Below are positions 1-13,927 of a DNA stretch of 64,000 bases, in pieces; the first letter of the stretch is position 1; every line of letters starts with the position of its first letter. Location of the stretch: positions 132,742,001-132,806,000 of the forward strand of contig NC_042999.1 of NCBI RefSeq assembly GCF_006345805.1. The letters run 5' to 3'. The DNA comes from Octopus sinensis (taxonomy: Eukaryota). Both the position numbers and the translations under genes were made by a program. The notes beneath the pieces are model-generated. The model was not told where the DNA came from and searched no databases. It saw only the letters and a list, made by a program, of their open reading frames with translations.

Positions 1-258
1 TTAGACACCAGAGTAATATTGAAAACTGTGTTTCTGTACTTATGTTTCACCATTCTGTTTAGTCTAACACCGTCAGCAATAAAAATAGCAAAAATAATAA
101 TTTCTTAGAAAATAGTACATTTTGAGGATAAGTTATTGTTAGTATAATCTATCTTCTTACTTTACTACTTCACTTGTACTTATGATTTTTAGTCTGGAAT
201 TCCCAGGAAAATAAGCAAAAGAAAAACGAATTTGTAGATGGTAGGGTATTAATCTTAG

Positions 259-606
259 AACCACATGCTTCCCAACCACTGTGTGACACCTTGGGCAAGT
301 GTCTTCTACTATAGCTTCAGGCCGACCAAAGCCTTGTGAAACTGAAAGAAGTCGTTGTATATGTGTATATATTTATGTGTGTGTGTGTGTTCCTTTGTGT
401 CTGTGTTTGTCCCTCACCCCACCATCGCTTGACAACCAGTGTCGGTGTGTTTACGTCCACGTAATTTAGCGGTTCGGCACAAGAGACCGATAGAATAAGT
501 ACTAGACTTACAAAGAATAAATCCTAGGTTCGATTTCTTTGACTAAAAAGCCCTTTAAGGCGGTGCTCCAGCATAGCTGTAATCAAATGACCGAAACAAG
601 TAGAAG
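259..606 (+). mobile_element. SINE family A (tRNA-derived, internal TA/TG microsatellite), 5'-truncated
   Basis: CACCTTGGGCAAGTGTCTTCTACTATAG...GACCGATAGAATAAGTACTAG...GGCGGTGCTCCAGCAT; about 20 related copies in the window. Confidence 0.85.
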
Positions 607-724
607 GGCATTCTATGAAGCATTCGATCCAATGATCTTCCGATTCACTAGTCCAACGCCCTAAAATTACAACCATCGCTAAAATTACAGTCACTAGTAA
701 CACTGCCAACAATAAATGCAAATA

Positions 725-990
725 GAAGAAGTCCCTCCGTGGTCGCTCGACTTGCTAAAAGTAACTGCTAAGATATCCTCAAATCATATTCAGCCGTCTT
801 AGGAAATGCATGCTGGGTAATGTTGAGCCCAGTTCTCTGTTCACAGGAAAAATATGAGATAGCTACGGCATTCCAAACATGACCATCTCGTATTTCTATG
901 TTTCCTTAAATCATAGGTTTACTTCCTCAGGACTACACAAGGGTTAAGCAACAACATCAACAACAACACAACAACAACAACAACAACAAA
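725..990 (+). repeat. Old interspersed repeat (family E) with (CAA)n tail
   Basis: GTCGCTCGACTT...CCTCAAATC similarity to 42150-42360 and reverse-strand pieces near 36500 and 47060; ends in CAACAACAA. Confidence 0.45.
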
Positions 991-1628
991 AAGAAGTTGA
1001 ATTAATAATAGCAAAAATATCAACTGAAACGATTGCAGTAAATCATCTAGCTGTTTATTCATTTGTCATTGCTTGCAGCCGTTCTCCTGTCGTTATCCCC
1101 TACACTACACCAATACCCGACTAATCTTCACATATACATACGCAAGCGCACGCAGTTCATATATATTATAAGCATACACCGATTCTTTTTCTTAGAACAA
1201 AACAAAATAGCAATAGAACATAACTCAACTTTCCCCGCAGTGATCCGTCCTTTTGTCAACACTCTAATTCTTATTGCAGATGTTTTACTTACCGAATTTG
1301 TATGGAACTGCGGTAAATCAGACCAGCAGATGCAAAACCGGAAACAAGTGTCTTAATCTAGCCGGCTGTATTTCCAGATTATTTGCTATCCCATAATTCA
1401 ATTGGCAAGGAAATGACGTTGAGTGGCTGTGATGTCCAGAAAATGAGGAGTTATATTATGACCATCGATTATAACATGTTTTTTTAATTTTATTTTTGCA
1501 CTTACTTATAACAATATCATTTCAGGAAGCAACAAATTTATTCTTAACCCTCTATGAATATGGATGTGTGTGTGTGTATTAGTATGACTGTCTGTCTCAA
1601 TGCATCAGCTGCTTATTTACTCATGGAC

Positions 1629-1630
<2 letters not shown>

Positions 1631-1659
<29 letters not shown>

Positions 1660-1814
1660 TGTATGTATGTATGTATGTATGTATGTATGTATGTATGTAT
1701 GTTTGTGTGTATGTATGTATGTATGTATGTATGTATGTATGTACGTACGTACGTACGTACGTACGTACGTATGTATGTATGTATGTATGTATGTATGTAT
1801 GTATGTATGTATGT

Positions 1815-1849
<35 letters not shown>
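1631..1849. repeat. Compound (TATG)n/(TACG)n/(TA)n microsatellite
   Basis: Direct reading. Confidence 0.95.
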
Positions 1850-1852
<3 letters not shown>

Positions 1853-2419
1853 TATAATGATATATATTATAATTCCCCTATCACTCCTTTCTCTGTGTGT
1901 ATATAGTATATAGTATGGATAACATGAAGCTTTGCAAAATAGAATTAAAATTGTTTTAGGAAGTCACGACAATATATGTCTACTAAATTCACTCAATTTA
2001 CTCGCAAAGTATTGAACACACTTTCCCAAGGAGTTGTGTAGTGTGAGTGAATCCTAAACCTAGAGGTTGTAAAGCGAAATTCCTAACCATGCAATCAAAC
2101 CTGTGCTACATTTATAGCTTTTCGCCTATTCTGTATGCAATAGGAAAATGTAAACACCATTCCTCTATATACAGTATCATCATGAACAAAAGAACGAAAA
2201 AGAAAAAGAAAATCCAGCTGAATGTCCAACCAAATAAAAAAGTGAACAGCTTGACCAGTTTCACTCACGTGTATAAATTTTATCAGGTATCTAGTTCTCT
2301 CTTTAACTGTTAACTGAAAAGTTGTTAATAAGCACGCTATAACTAAGAGTTTAAATAAATTGAACAGTATACTTTGCATTAGATAACCCATTCTTTGGAG
2401 CTCTTTAGTGTAAAATATA

Positions 2420-2990
2420 AAATTGTGGCAGACGATGAATATGCGCCGAGATATGGACGCTGAAATCTCTAGGAGAATAAGGGTAAAATGGAAGACATTT
2501 ATCTTGATAAATGATGTGCTCAATGCAACGCTGGACAAGACTCTGTGTGCTAGTCTCTTCAATAGCACAGTCCTAGCATCGCTCTTATCGCAAGGGAGAC
2601 ATGCGCTATTGCGAAGAGGAAAGAATATACATTGGCTACGACACAGAACGCCATGGAAAGATCCATGCTGGCAATATTATAACCGAAATAAGGGGATTTA
2701 TAAACGAAGCGAAGTGAGCAACGGTATCGCGGAATATCGAAAGCATAAGCTCTGTTACGTTAGACATGTCACAAGGTTCATAGACAATAGGTCGATGGAC
2801 CTATGTAGTTGCTGAGTGGTATCAAAGAGATCGGGAAAGACTACTCAGAAGTCCTTCACGACGATAGGAAGAGGATTTAGCAAAACAATTTGGGCCAAGA
2901 TGGAGAAGAATGGCGTAATCAAGAAAAAGGGGAAAACGCAGTATGCCCAGCGGTGTATAACAACACCCGATAGTCAAGCAGTTGTAAGTG
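2420..2990 (+). mobile_element. RTE-clade LINE ORF2 C-terminal relic
   Basis: EISRRIRVKWKTF...LFNSTVL and a downstream WYPR-like region; frameshifted. Confidence 0.7.
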
Positions 2991-3692
2991 ACTGGAAATA
3001 AAATAGATACACTGTCACATTACCTGATAAAATGGAGTTTTACGTGGCAGTAGGGTAGACTTTATGACATCACTCGATCTTCTAGGAATATCAAAAACCA
3101 ACCATAATCAACCACTTTAAACATGGAGGCATTGGTAACATATAGTGTAGACTAGACAATGCATAGAAAGAAAATGGTGAGATGGTCATCACAGAAATGG
3201 TTTTGATTATAGTTATACTCGGTCAGGGCCGCCTTGGAGAAAACCAAACATAGCGTTATTTTTTTTATCATCATAGGAACAATTCTAATTATGATGGGAG
3301 TGGGATTCAAATATATACTCAAATAAATCGACCCTGGTAAAAGGCCAAGTTGACACCATCACGATATGAACGCAAGACGACAAAACTCATAACTAAATAT
3401 CGCAAGACATTATGCCTAACAATCTCTCGCCCTTTACGTCACGCAATAATATTTTTTAACAAAAAAATGGAATTTCTTTCCTAAAAAATAAAATAAAAAG
3501 TTTAAATGACAAACATACGTATTCATCCTTGAACTGATCTGTAATTACGAGGCATTAATAAGTGTGCGTGCATGTGTGAAGGCACAAAGCACATATATAA
3601 TACATATGTTGTATGCATGTATGTATATTGTATATATATATAGTATATTGTATAGTACTATTTATATATATAATTCTATATATATTATATAT

Positions 3693-3771
<79 letters not shown>

Positions 3772-3773
<2 letters not shown>

Positions 3774-3999
3774 CTTTACTACCCACAAGGGGCTAAACAT
3801 AGAGGGGACAAACAAGGACAGACAAACGGATTAAGTCGACTACATCGACCCCAGTGCGTAACTGGTACTTAATTTATCGACCCCGAAAGGATGAAAGGCA
3901 AAGTCGACCTCGGCGGAATTTGAACTCGGAACGTAACGACAGACGAAATACGGCTACGAATTTCGCCCGGCGTGCTAACGTTTCTACCAGCTCGCCGCC
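3772..3999 (-). mobile_element. SINE family B (tRNA-derived, Meta-like central domain), full length
   Basis: Minus strand GGCGGCGAGCTGGTAGAAACG...GAGTTCAAATTCCGCCGAGGTCGACTTTGCCTTTCATCCTTTCGGGGTCGATAAATTAAGTACC; near-identical to 31805-32040. Confidence 0.85.
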
Positions 4000-5177
4000 G
4001 TGTGTGTGTGTGTGTGTGTGTTGTGTGTGTGTGTGTGTCTGTGTGTAATAAATATACATAAATATATATATATATACATATATATTATATGTATACGCAG
4101 ACATATAAACATATATATGCATATACATACACACGCACGTATATACATGTATATATGTTTATATAGGTATATGTATATGTTTACGTATATCAATATAGGT
4201 AGAATAACAAATTCATATATATATATATATATAATATATATATATATATACACACATCCTTACATGTATGTATGTGGTTGTGTACATGTGTGTGTATCTA
4301 TAAACATTTTGATCCTCTTCTCTCATATACATTAATCTCAAAACTATAATGTATTCGTATAGACTGAAATTGATGAGTGAGTGTATATATGTTGGTTTAT
4401 GTATATGTATGTGCTCTTGTATTTGTGTTTATATGTTTGTATATACCTCTGATTTGTATATTGGTCTCTGTGTGTTATGTGTATTAGTGTGTATATGTGT
4501 GAGTGTCTGCCTGTGTGCGAAGTAAATGCCCTAGAGAGTCTGCAGAAGTCACGAAAGTAAGTAGTTAGAACGAGAATTATGAAAATGATTCCGTATTTAT
4601 CATATGTGTCTTCTCTTTTTAATATTTGGTAATAATCAGTATGAAAGTAAAATGGCGTAGAATACCGATAAGCTGAGGGGTATTTGGAGAAGATTTGTTG
4701 CCGAAGATTAATGTAGAATACTCAATAAAGAAATATATCAACACTCTTTCATCTGACAAAAATTACAAGGAAAAAAACTCCCTGTTTTATGACATCATAA
4801 CTTTGGAGCGAGGTCCAATAAACAATCAATAGCCGTTTCTGTGCTGTTTCATAGCGCCCTCTATCTTCTTTACTAATAAGAACATCAGCTAACCCTTTGA
4901 TCGTCTGCTTCATGTTGGAGAGCTATATTCATTGTATTCCCTTATTCAAAAGACACTTTTGCTTTAATATGAACACTGAATTTACATACGGTCTTTGAGG
5001 ATAAAGTCGATGGGTCAGAACAGAATTTTTATGAGCTAACTATTATCGCTATTGGTTAATATTGAAAATGTATAGATGTATTTGTCAGTATTCATATTGA
5101 TCATATACTAGACACTATGTCACTATAAATACACAAAATATGGGGTGTGCATATATATGTATGTCTGCGTTGCTGTT

Positions 5178-5210
<33 letters not shown>

Positions 5211-5312
5211 GCATACGTACATATACATATATACATGTGTATACATAAAAGCATGCATACATACATATATATATATATACATATACTTACATACACACAT
5301 ATATATATATAT

Positions 5313-5385
<73 letters not shown>

Positions 5386-5559
5386 CACATGGATATCTAT
5401 ATGTAGAAGTGATTTATATGGTTATTAACTAGGAACATATATTACCAGCAATATCAATATAACACGATCTGATTAAATCTGCGGTGATTATAATTTCTAT
5501 AATCCACAGTTTATTAAATATCAACGTTATACAAGGAAATATAACTTTATTTTAATAAT

Positions 5560-5940
5560 TCTGTCCTTCTATGAAACAGTCTCTGTCATGTCTGTCATAA
5601 TCATCATGAGAATCAAGTAGATTATTTAGATGCGTGTCTGTTCTTCGTTGATTCTTATTCTAAGAATTCTAAATTACAATCCTTTGTGGTTAATAAATGT
5701 ATTCTTAGAACCTTCCAATGAAATTGCAACAATCCATAATATAGCTGGAATCGACTCGTCATAAAATGTACTTAAGTTCACTTCAAAGACAATAACACCA
5801 AAAATTACTGGAACAATGAGAGTAACAAGGGTGGCGGTGCGATGGGTCTGTATTAGAAATACAGTCAAGTGAAGTCGATGATAAACCATAGGAACAGTGT
5901 TGTACAATTACATGTGAATGTTAAGAAACTTCGTTAGAAT
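5560..5940 (-). mobile_element. Possible highly decayed Penelope-like GIY-YIG endonuclease end
   Basis: Minus-strand FTCKLYNT..YG....LTV resembles YKFTC..C..YIG.T.R.L; very degenerate. Confidence 0.25.
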
Positions 5941-6086
5941 AGATTTTCTATTTCTGTCGACTGAAAAAAAAAAAAAAAAAAATGTGGTAGTAGCTTTCAT
6001 AATCATGTGTTCGAACTTCCCACTTTCTCTCACTCTGTCTCTCTCTCTCTCATCGTTTCCCTCTTTTCCACAAGTCGCTCTCCCCG

Positions 6087-6133
<47 letters not shown>

Positions 6134-6147
6134 ATTCTCTTTTACCA

Positions 6148-6369
6148 TCTCTTACATGTTTCAGTCATTTGACTGTGGCCATGCTGGAGCACTGCCTTTA
6201 GTCGAGCAAATCGACCCCAGGACTTATTCTTTGCAAGTTTAGTACTTCTTCTATCGGTCCCTTTTTGCCGAACCGCTAAGTTACGGAGACGTAAACACAC
6301 CAGCATCGGCTGTCAAGCGATGTTGGGGGAACAAACATAGACACACAAACATATACACACACGCGTACA

Positions 6370-6408
<39 letters not shown>

Positions 6409-6562
6409 TACGACGGGCTTCTTTACCAAATCCACTCACAAGGCTTTGGTCGGCCCGAGGCTATAGTAGAAGACACTTGACCAAGGTGCGACGCAGTGGG
6501 ACTGAACCCGGAACCATGAGATTCGTAAGCAAGCTACTTACCACACAATCACTCCTACGCCT
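6148..6562 (-). mobile_element. SINE family A, full length
   Basis: Complete head (GGCGTAGGAGTG...GGGTTCAGTCCCAC) to tail on minus strand. Confidence 0.9.
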
Positions 6563-6894
6563 ACATATATATATATACAATGCGCACACTCATATGTACG
6601 CATACAAACATAGACACAAAAACGGACCACATGCGTACACCTCAAACTGACTGATTTGATTTCGTTTCGACAATGACATGGATACGTGATATCAGGAAGG
6701 TGCAAGAATGGCGAAGTACGTACCGGTCGATCTCATGACAACTTCTGGAGTTATTTCGTTTCGACTAGCGTTGAAGAATATTCTGCTTTTTAACACAATA
6801 CATTTATAAATGGATTTTTCCCCGGATGAAAATCTCACCAAGGGGCTTTTTCAAGTAGGAATATACGTTAAGCATCTTATATTGAAAAGGCTTT

Positions 6895-6897
<3 letters not shown>

Positions 6898-6940
<43 letters not shown>

Positions 6941-7019
6941 TAATAATAATGATGATGATGATGATGATCATAATAATAATCATAATAATAATAATAATAA
7001 TAATAATATAATAATAATA

Positions 7020-7061
<42 letters not shown>

Positions 7062-7067
7062 GAAGAA

Positions 7068-7098
<31 letters not shown>

Positions 7099-7128
7099 AA
7101 GAAGAAGAAGAAAGATAATAATAATAAT
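6898..7128. repeat. (AAT)n/(GAT)n/(AAG)n trinucleotide array
   Basis: Direct reading. Confidence 0.95.
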
Positions 7129-7599
7129 GTTCTGATGCGATGCCAGGCAGTGATTCTCGTGGCTTTTGATCTAAGCTGATTGGAAATGTTATCATGTACA
7201 TGTTTTGTCTTGGTATAAAAAATTAGCTACAACAAATATTGTGACTAATTCTACATATTTGCATGTTAGTTGCTTGACCTTAACCAGTTGCGCTTAGTGG
7301 CTTACGATATGTGCATCTTTCATTACGAGCAGGAGTAGTGGAGGAACGCCATAGCCATGTCTTGTGAGAAATTGTTTAGGATTTCACCGCTGAAAAAATA
7401 GGCGTTTTGCTCATCATCCTTAAACAAACCTTATTCAGGGACCTTTGAGCGGGATTGGTTACTCAACCTGAACAAAATTCTCTACTGGTTCCTACCTGCA
7501 AGATTATGTGCTGTATATTTTAATAGGAGGTCACTATGTCGTGCATATATGATTGTGATGTATGTGCATCAAATGCATAACAACAATATGTGCGTGATA

Positions 7600-9335
7600 G
7601 GTAGATCCCACCTTCATGGATAAGTGAATGTTTGAGTATATTCAGTATAGCAGACAGCATAAGAAAACTAATTAGCTTTAGTATGAAGAAATGGAAGATT
7701 AATCTCTACTCAGGTGAAACACTCTTAGGGAAAGTTAATATCAAAAGAATTTTCCATGGGGACTCGTTGTACCCTTTTATATTGTCTTATGTTTGATCCC
7801 CGTTAGATTAGTACTAAAGAAGGTTAAGGCAGGGTATCAGTTCAGAAATAGTAAGGGAAAAATTAACCATTTGCTCTACATGGATGATCTGAAGCTCTTT
7901 AGCAAGAATGAAAAGAGATAGATTCCTTAATACAGACTGTAAGACTCTTCAGCAAAGACATAGGCATGGAATTTGGCATAGATAAGTTCGCAATATTAGC
8001 TATGAGAAGGGGACTAGTAGTCAACAGCGAATGCATCCACTTTTCAGATAGCCAGACATTAAAATTATTGAAAGGAGAGAGTTATAAGTATCTAGGAGTA
8101 TTAGCATCTAACAGAGTACTAACTGTAGAAATGAAAACAAAAATTGAGAAGGATTACAGAAGGGTGAGGAAGATAATGAAGTCAAAGCTAAATAGTTCGA
8201 ATCTAGCAAAGGCTGTAAATATTTGTGTATTATCATTACTTGGATTACTCAGCAGCTTTTTTAGATTGGACTAAAACTGAATTAGCAAAGATAGACAGAA
8301 AAACTAGGAAAGAACTCAATATGAATGGAGGAATCCAAAGGCAGGAGTAGCAAGATTATACTTACTTAGAAAGGGAAGGGGAAGAGGGTTAATATCAGTA
8401 GAAGACTGCGTGGAGTTAACTAGAGTAGATATAAACTCCTATGTAGGTTATAGTAAAGAAAGTTTATTAAAAACTGCTATAGCCACAGCAATTCATAGGG
8501 AAACCAAAAACCTGAAATAAGTTAAAAACTAGAAAAATGAACAGAAATTATCTGACTGGCAGGAGAAAGCGTTGCATTGAAGATACCCAAAGACAGTTGC
8601 AGCAAATAATAATAGTGAGACATGGCTATGGTTGCAGAAAGGAAAACTGAAAAGAGACACAGAAAGTTTGTTAGTAGCTGCACAAGATCAAGCATTAAGG
8701 ACTAATTGGATAAAAGCCAAGATAGACAAAAACCAAGTAGATTCTTAATGTAGCTTATGCAAATCAAAAAGGGAGAGCGTTACTCATATAGTAAGTGAAC
8801 GTAGTATGCTGGCACATAAAGAGACAACCTAGGGAGAGTAATCCACTGGGAGTTATGCAGAAAGCTAAGATTTGAACATACTAATGGATAGTATGAGCAT
8901 GAACGTAGTAAAGTACTAGAAAGGAAGAAATACAAGATGTTGTGGAACTTTAACATTGAGACTGACAAAGTAATAGAAGCTAGAAGGCCTGATTTAGTAG
9001 TAGTAGTAGATAAAGAGAATAGAAAGCGTCAGATAATTGACTTTACAGTCTCAAATGATGAAAAGATCAATATGAGAGGTATAGAAAAAATAGCAAAGTA
9101 CCAGGACCTAACCATTGAATTACAGGAACTATGGAGAGTGCGAGTAAAATGTATCCCAGTAGTTATAGGTACATTGTGAAAGATCTGAACAGTTGGATAA
9201 AGGAAATAGGCATAAAATCCAGTTTAGTACAACTCCAGGAGCAGTGTCATTAGGGACGGCTAGGATACTTAAGAGGGTTACTTGTTGTTGCCCAATGTTA
9301 GGATTTTGTTTTTTCTAACAGTCTAATCTGTTGTG
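7600..9335 (+). mobile_element. R4/Dong-clade non-LTR retrotransposon, 5'-truncated pseudogene (RT, CCHC knuckle, REL endonuclease)
   Basis: INHLLYMDDLKLFSK (YMDD at 7877-7888), MEFGIDK, CSLCK..ESVTHIVSE knuckle, LWNFNIETDKVIEARRPDLVV...KIAKYQDL...IPVVIGTL PD-(D/E)xK domain; multiple stops and frameshifts. Confidence 0.9.
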
Positions 9336-9340
9336 TGTAT

Positions 9341-9369
9341 ATGATGATGATGATGAGATGATGATGATG

Positions 9370-9433
<64 letters not shown>

Positions 9434-9450
9434 TTATAATAATAATAATA

Positions 9451-9481
<31 letters not shown>

Positions 9482-9546
9482 GAAGAAGAAGAAGAAGAAG
9501 AAGAAGAAGAAGAAGAAGAAGAAGAAGAAGAAGAAGAAGAAGAAGA
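9341..9546. repeat. (GAT)n/(AAT)n/(AGA)n array at LINE 3' end
   Basis: Direct reading. Confidence 0.95.
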
Positions 9547-11468
9547 AATTCTCTTAAATTCTACAACAAACTTGGGCAACATTTTTCTAGCAATAAGCCA
9601 ACAAAGAAATTAATTTAACAAATATTGTATGATGTACAAGTTGTGTCATTCCCATAGGATTCCCATAGGATTGTGTCTGCTGTTGGGGTCCTCGATCATT
9701 TTTTGCCACCGATTAATCAACCAGTCTGGTATAGAATTGTAATGCCGTATTTTATTCGTGTTTCATTAAGTTCATAAACATGGTGGCGTCCATCACTTCC
9801 CTAACGTATGGCTGCCAATAAGGGAGCTCCACCGCCCTTGACAGGTGTTTTTTTAAAAATCTGTCTGGGTGGGTACATGCCCTCTTTTCTGAGCAAGTTT
9901 AGTAGTTGGACGGTTTCGAAAGCTGAAAACGCGATCATGTCTGGTTTTAGATTAAATGGTTGTTTGTAGCATATATCGAATAGCCTATGACATATTGGTG
10001 CTAACTTGAGTTGTATAGATACAGAAAAAGACCATATATTACTCAAAGAAAAAGACTTTATATTACTCAAAGTAACTTCCTGAAACTCCACTTTTCCCAC
10101 TAATCATAAGGTGGGAGAAAAATTAAACCTGAACATTATCTTTACATAGTTAGCCAATTCTCCCAAGGTAGGAGAACGTTAAAAAAATCTCGGAACTGCG
10201 TCTTTTGTTCAGAATAGTGTATCAACCGATAAAAAAAAAACTAGCCATTGAAAAACATATTGCAACAATGATGAGTACATTTGTGTGTGCGTATGTAGCT
10301 TTGTAGCTTAGGGAAAGCGGTGGTGATTATCAGAAGAAACTTTCTGTTGTTCTCATATTACTTCTCCAAAAACTAAAAACTTTAGTAAAAACCAAAGGCA
10401 AAAAAAGACCAAAAAAACATCAGCCAGTCAAAAGCAGAACAAGAATATTACATTGAGATGAATCGATCTTCGACTTCTGATGATTATACAACATGATGCC
10501 TGCCACAATCACATTTACTATCATGCAATGAAAGTCGAAAATATTTAAACTCTATTTTATCTTGCTCTCTATCACAACTGACTAGTCTGCTACAGTTAAG
10601 ATGATGATAAGTTATGAAAGTGACTTTAGCATTTTGGTCAGTGCCTTACGTAATCCGCATCGTTGAATGGTTTCAATGCAATGCTGGCTACTTCGTGTCA
10701 TTTCCTGATTTTCCTATCCCAAGATATTTCCGAAACTCATTTTTCTCTTTGATTCTCTGTCTATTCAATATCTGATTCGTACTGACAAAACACTAGAACC
10801 TCAACATCACCTTTTTATAGACGTCCATACTTTTATAGCAGATTCGTAGATCTTACTTTCTTCTTTATCGATTCCCCTCTATAATGACATTGCATGTCTT
10901 ATATAAGTTCAATTACTTATTTTTACATTAGCCTTCCTCTTTCCATTCCTCTCAGCTAATCTACTTCCTCCTCCTACCTCTACCATTCACTTCACTTCCT
11001 CTTACAATCCACACATCGTACTGTTCTCGGTATCTATCTTCCAATTCTTTCCCTTTCAACCACTCTACTACTGTTATTACACAATAAATGCGGCGATTTA
11101 CGGTGAAAAGAGAACAGAAAAATACAATTTTTTTGTGTCTAATGATATTTCAGTGCCAAAGAAACAGGTTCGATTTCCGGATATGTCTCTTCCAGTATTA
11201 TGTTTGTTATTGTTGTTTAGGTCTAGGTGAATCTTCTCAAGCAGCTCTATTTATAATGTGTATATCAATTCTTTCCTATATTCCCTTGTGTCTCTCTTCT
11301 CAGTGAGACCTCCAGTATGACTGTCCTCTGCCGGAAATAAAATTCTTTCACACGTCTGTAATTTCTCATCGATTAAAATATTTGGCGAAAATATTTTTAG
11401 CTGCTCTTGCTATCAGTAAAACCAATGGATGTTTTACACATAACTGCTTAGCCTAAGCAGTCATATAA

Positions 11469-11687
11469 GACGGGGTGCTGAAAAGTTCCTGGCTTTGGGT
11501 AAAAGAAAATACAGGAGGAACAGTTAATTAGGATTGTATTCGACATATTTCTTTCTCAGACTCACACACTTATTGCAGGAGTTCTTCAGTTTTTCTAAGC
11601 CCTGCAAAAGAACTCAGAAGATTGGGACTCCAGCCAAGCCTTTCGCGATACCCTTAAGACCAGAAATTTTTCAGCACGCCTTCGTGT
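11469..11687 (-). mobile_element. Mariner-derived MITE (~220 bp)
   Basis: TIRs GGTGCTGAAAAGTTCCTGG / CCAGAAATTTTTCAGCAC; second copy inverted at 40884-41107. Confidence 0.75.
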
Positions 11688-11829
11688 AGCGTCTACTAAG
11701 CTTACATCACTCGGTTTTTATGCTTGTTTTCGGAAAAGTAGCAGAGTTCATAGTCCTTGCAGGCTCTAGGATTTGCAGCCAGGTTATTCTGTTGCAGCGT
11801 ACTTCTATAAAACCTTCTCAATTACGTCT

Positions 11830-12202
11830 TTTTCTTTTACTTGTTTCAGACATTTGACTGTGGCCATGCTGGAACATCACTTTGAAGGGTTTTTTAATCG
11901 AACAAATCAACCCCAAGACTTTTTACTATTAGCCTAGTATTTATTCTATCAGTCTCTTCTGCCGAACCGCTAGTGTTACAGGGACGTAAACAAACCAATA
12001 TCGGCTGTCAAGCGGAGATGGGGACAAACACAAACGCAAAGACACGCACACACACTTACACCCACATATATATATATACAAGGGGCTTCTTTCAGTGTCT
12101 GTCTTCTATACTAGAGGACACTTGCCCAAGGTGCCACGCAGTGAGACTGAACTCTGAACCACGTGGTTGGGAAGCGAATTTTTTACCACACAGCCACGCC
12201 TG
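11830..12202 (-). mobile_element. SINE family A
   Basis: Head and tail motifs on minus strand, internal deletion. Confidence 0.85.
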
Positions 12203-12539
12203 TATATATTTTTATTCTGTACATTAATAATTTTCACGTTGTCATTCCAACAGCACACGCATTCTTTGTAGGGGGTGCCATTTTTAAGTCCACCTCGATG
12301 TTCCGCAGATTAGCTTCATTTCCATGTAAACCAGGCATCTCGCCACAGTTTTTCATTGCTTATATTGAATAGTGATCTCGACAACATCCTGTACTGCAGA
12401 TATAACAACCTACTCTTCTTCATTGATACTAGTACACACCTACAAGTACACAGAAACAATTTTCTAAACAATGAAAGTGTAGAATGAAATAATGAAAACC
12501 CCACAATTGCTGTATACCTCAAAGGAACCATCTATATCT

Positions 12540-13074
12540 TTTATCTTTTCTTTTACTTGTTCCAGTCACTTGATAGTGGCCATACTGGGGCACCACCTTG
12601 AAGGGTGCTAGTCGGACAAATCGACCCCTCGGGACTTATTCTTTGTAAGCCTAGTACTTATTCTATTGGTCTCTTTCGCCGAACCGCTATGTTACGAGGA
12701 TGTAAACACACCAACACTGCTTGTCAAGCGATGGCGGCAAACAAAGACACACACACACACACACACATTAAAGTACAAGCGAGAATATATAAACCTCTGA
12801 AGGATAGAAATATCCAAGATTAAACTGGTTGAGTACCCTATAATATAGGCATATATAGGGAGAGTTTACGAAAAAAACAAAAGACGAAGACAGGTAGTGT
12901 ACACAACAAACAGATATATTAGTATAACGCCCAGGAATAGAAAAAGTCTTTTACATTTCGAGCCTACGCTTTTCTACAGAAAGGGACACTGAAAAAACAA
13001 AAAACAAGGAGAGAAACAAGGAGAGAAAAAATGTGTGTAGTGGCTAACGAGCTATCATGGCCTATATATGTAGG

Positions 13075-13108
<34 letters not shown>

Positions 13109-13195
13109 CGGCGAGCTTTTTTCAGTTCCCGTCTACCAAGTCCACTCACAAGGCTCAAAGCTATAGTAGAAGACACCCAAGTGGGACTGAACCTG
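12540..13195 (-). mobile_element. SINE family A split by an insertion in its internal microsatellite
   Basis: 3' half 12540-12765, 5' part 13105-13195. Confidence 0.7.
12856..13062 (-). mobile_element. Short Penelope-like element with decayed minimal hammerhead (12948-12983)
   Basis: Minus: CTTT CTGTAGA A AAGC GTAG GCTC GAAA TG TA AAAG; similar layout to 62080-62114; TA-flanked; related fragment at 35810-35885. Confidence 0.5.
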
Positions 13196-13469
13196 AGAAT
13201 CAGTTTTAATATAATCATGAAGGCCACAAAATATTTCAGATTTGATTTGATGAGTGACTTCTATAAATCTTATTTATAGAAGTTCCTTATTTGTGTATTG
13301 CACATATTCATGATGCAAGGTTGCCCGTACACTTCCCGTCGACTTAAATCTACCGGAGATCTGCTTTCATACGTTACACACTTGCTACACATACACACAC
13401 ACCTTTCACACTAGACTACACGTTTCACCAGCACGCTAAAATTACTATTCTACAAATCTTCTATTCTAT

Positions 13470-13750
13470 CTATTCGATTCCTGGACCGGGAGACGGGTTG
13501 TGTTTTTAAGCAAGACACTTCATTTCACGTTTCTCCAGGCCACTCAGCTGGCAGAAATCAGTAATCCTACGGATTTCTATAGCGGGTTAGTGGAATTTAT
13601 ATCACACAATATCCTGGGGGAGACCCTAGCTTCAATGGAAATCAGTTGATCAACCTGTTCAGGAGAACTTTCGGGCCGGAGTATCTGGATAATTCCTGGA
13701 CCGGGAGTTATGCTTTTAAGCAAAACACTTCATTTCACGTTGTTCCATAG
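13470..13750 (+). mobile_element. Two fragments of SINE family D
   Basis: TTCCTGGACCGGGAG...TTAAGCAA(G/A)ACACTTCATTTCACGTT at ~13478 and ~13693; matches 49440-49780. Confidence 0.6.
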
Positions 13751-13896
13751 CCAATTTATAAAATAAAGAAGCTTGCTTCCCATTCACATGATTCAGGGTT
13801 CAGTCTCACTGCGTGGCACCTTGGGCAAGTGTCCTCTACTGTAGTCCGACCAAAGACTTGTGAGTGGATTTGATAGACGGAAACTGAAAGAAACTC

Positions 13897-13924
<28 letters not shown>

Positions 13925-13927
<3 letters not shown>

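Noticed and set aside
12240-12530. Possible ancient LINE RT (ISPQFFIAYI...FFID)
   Set aside because: Too degenerate; catalytic motif not recoverable
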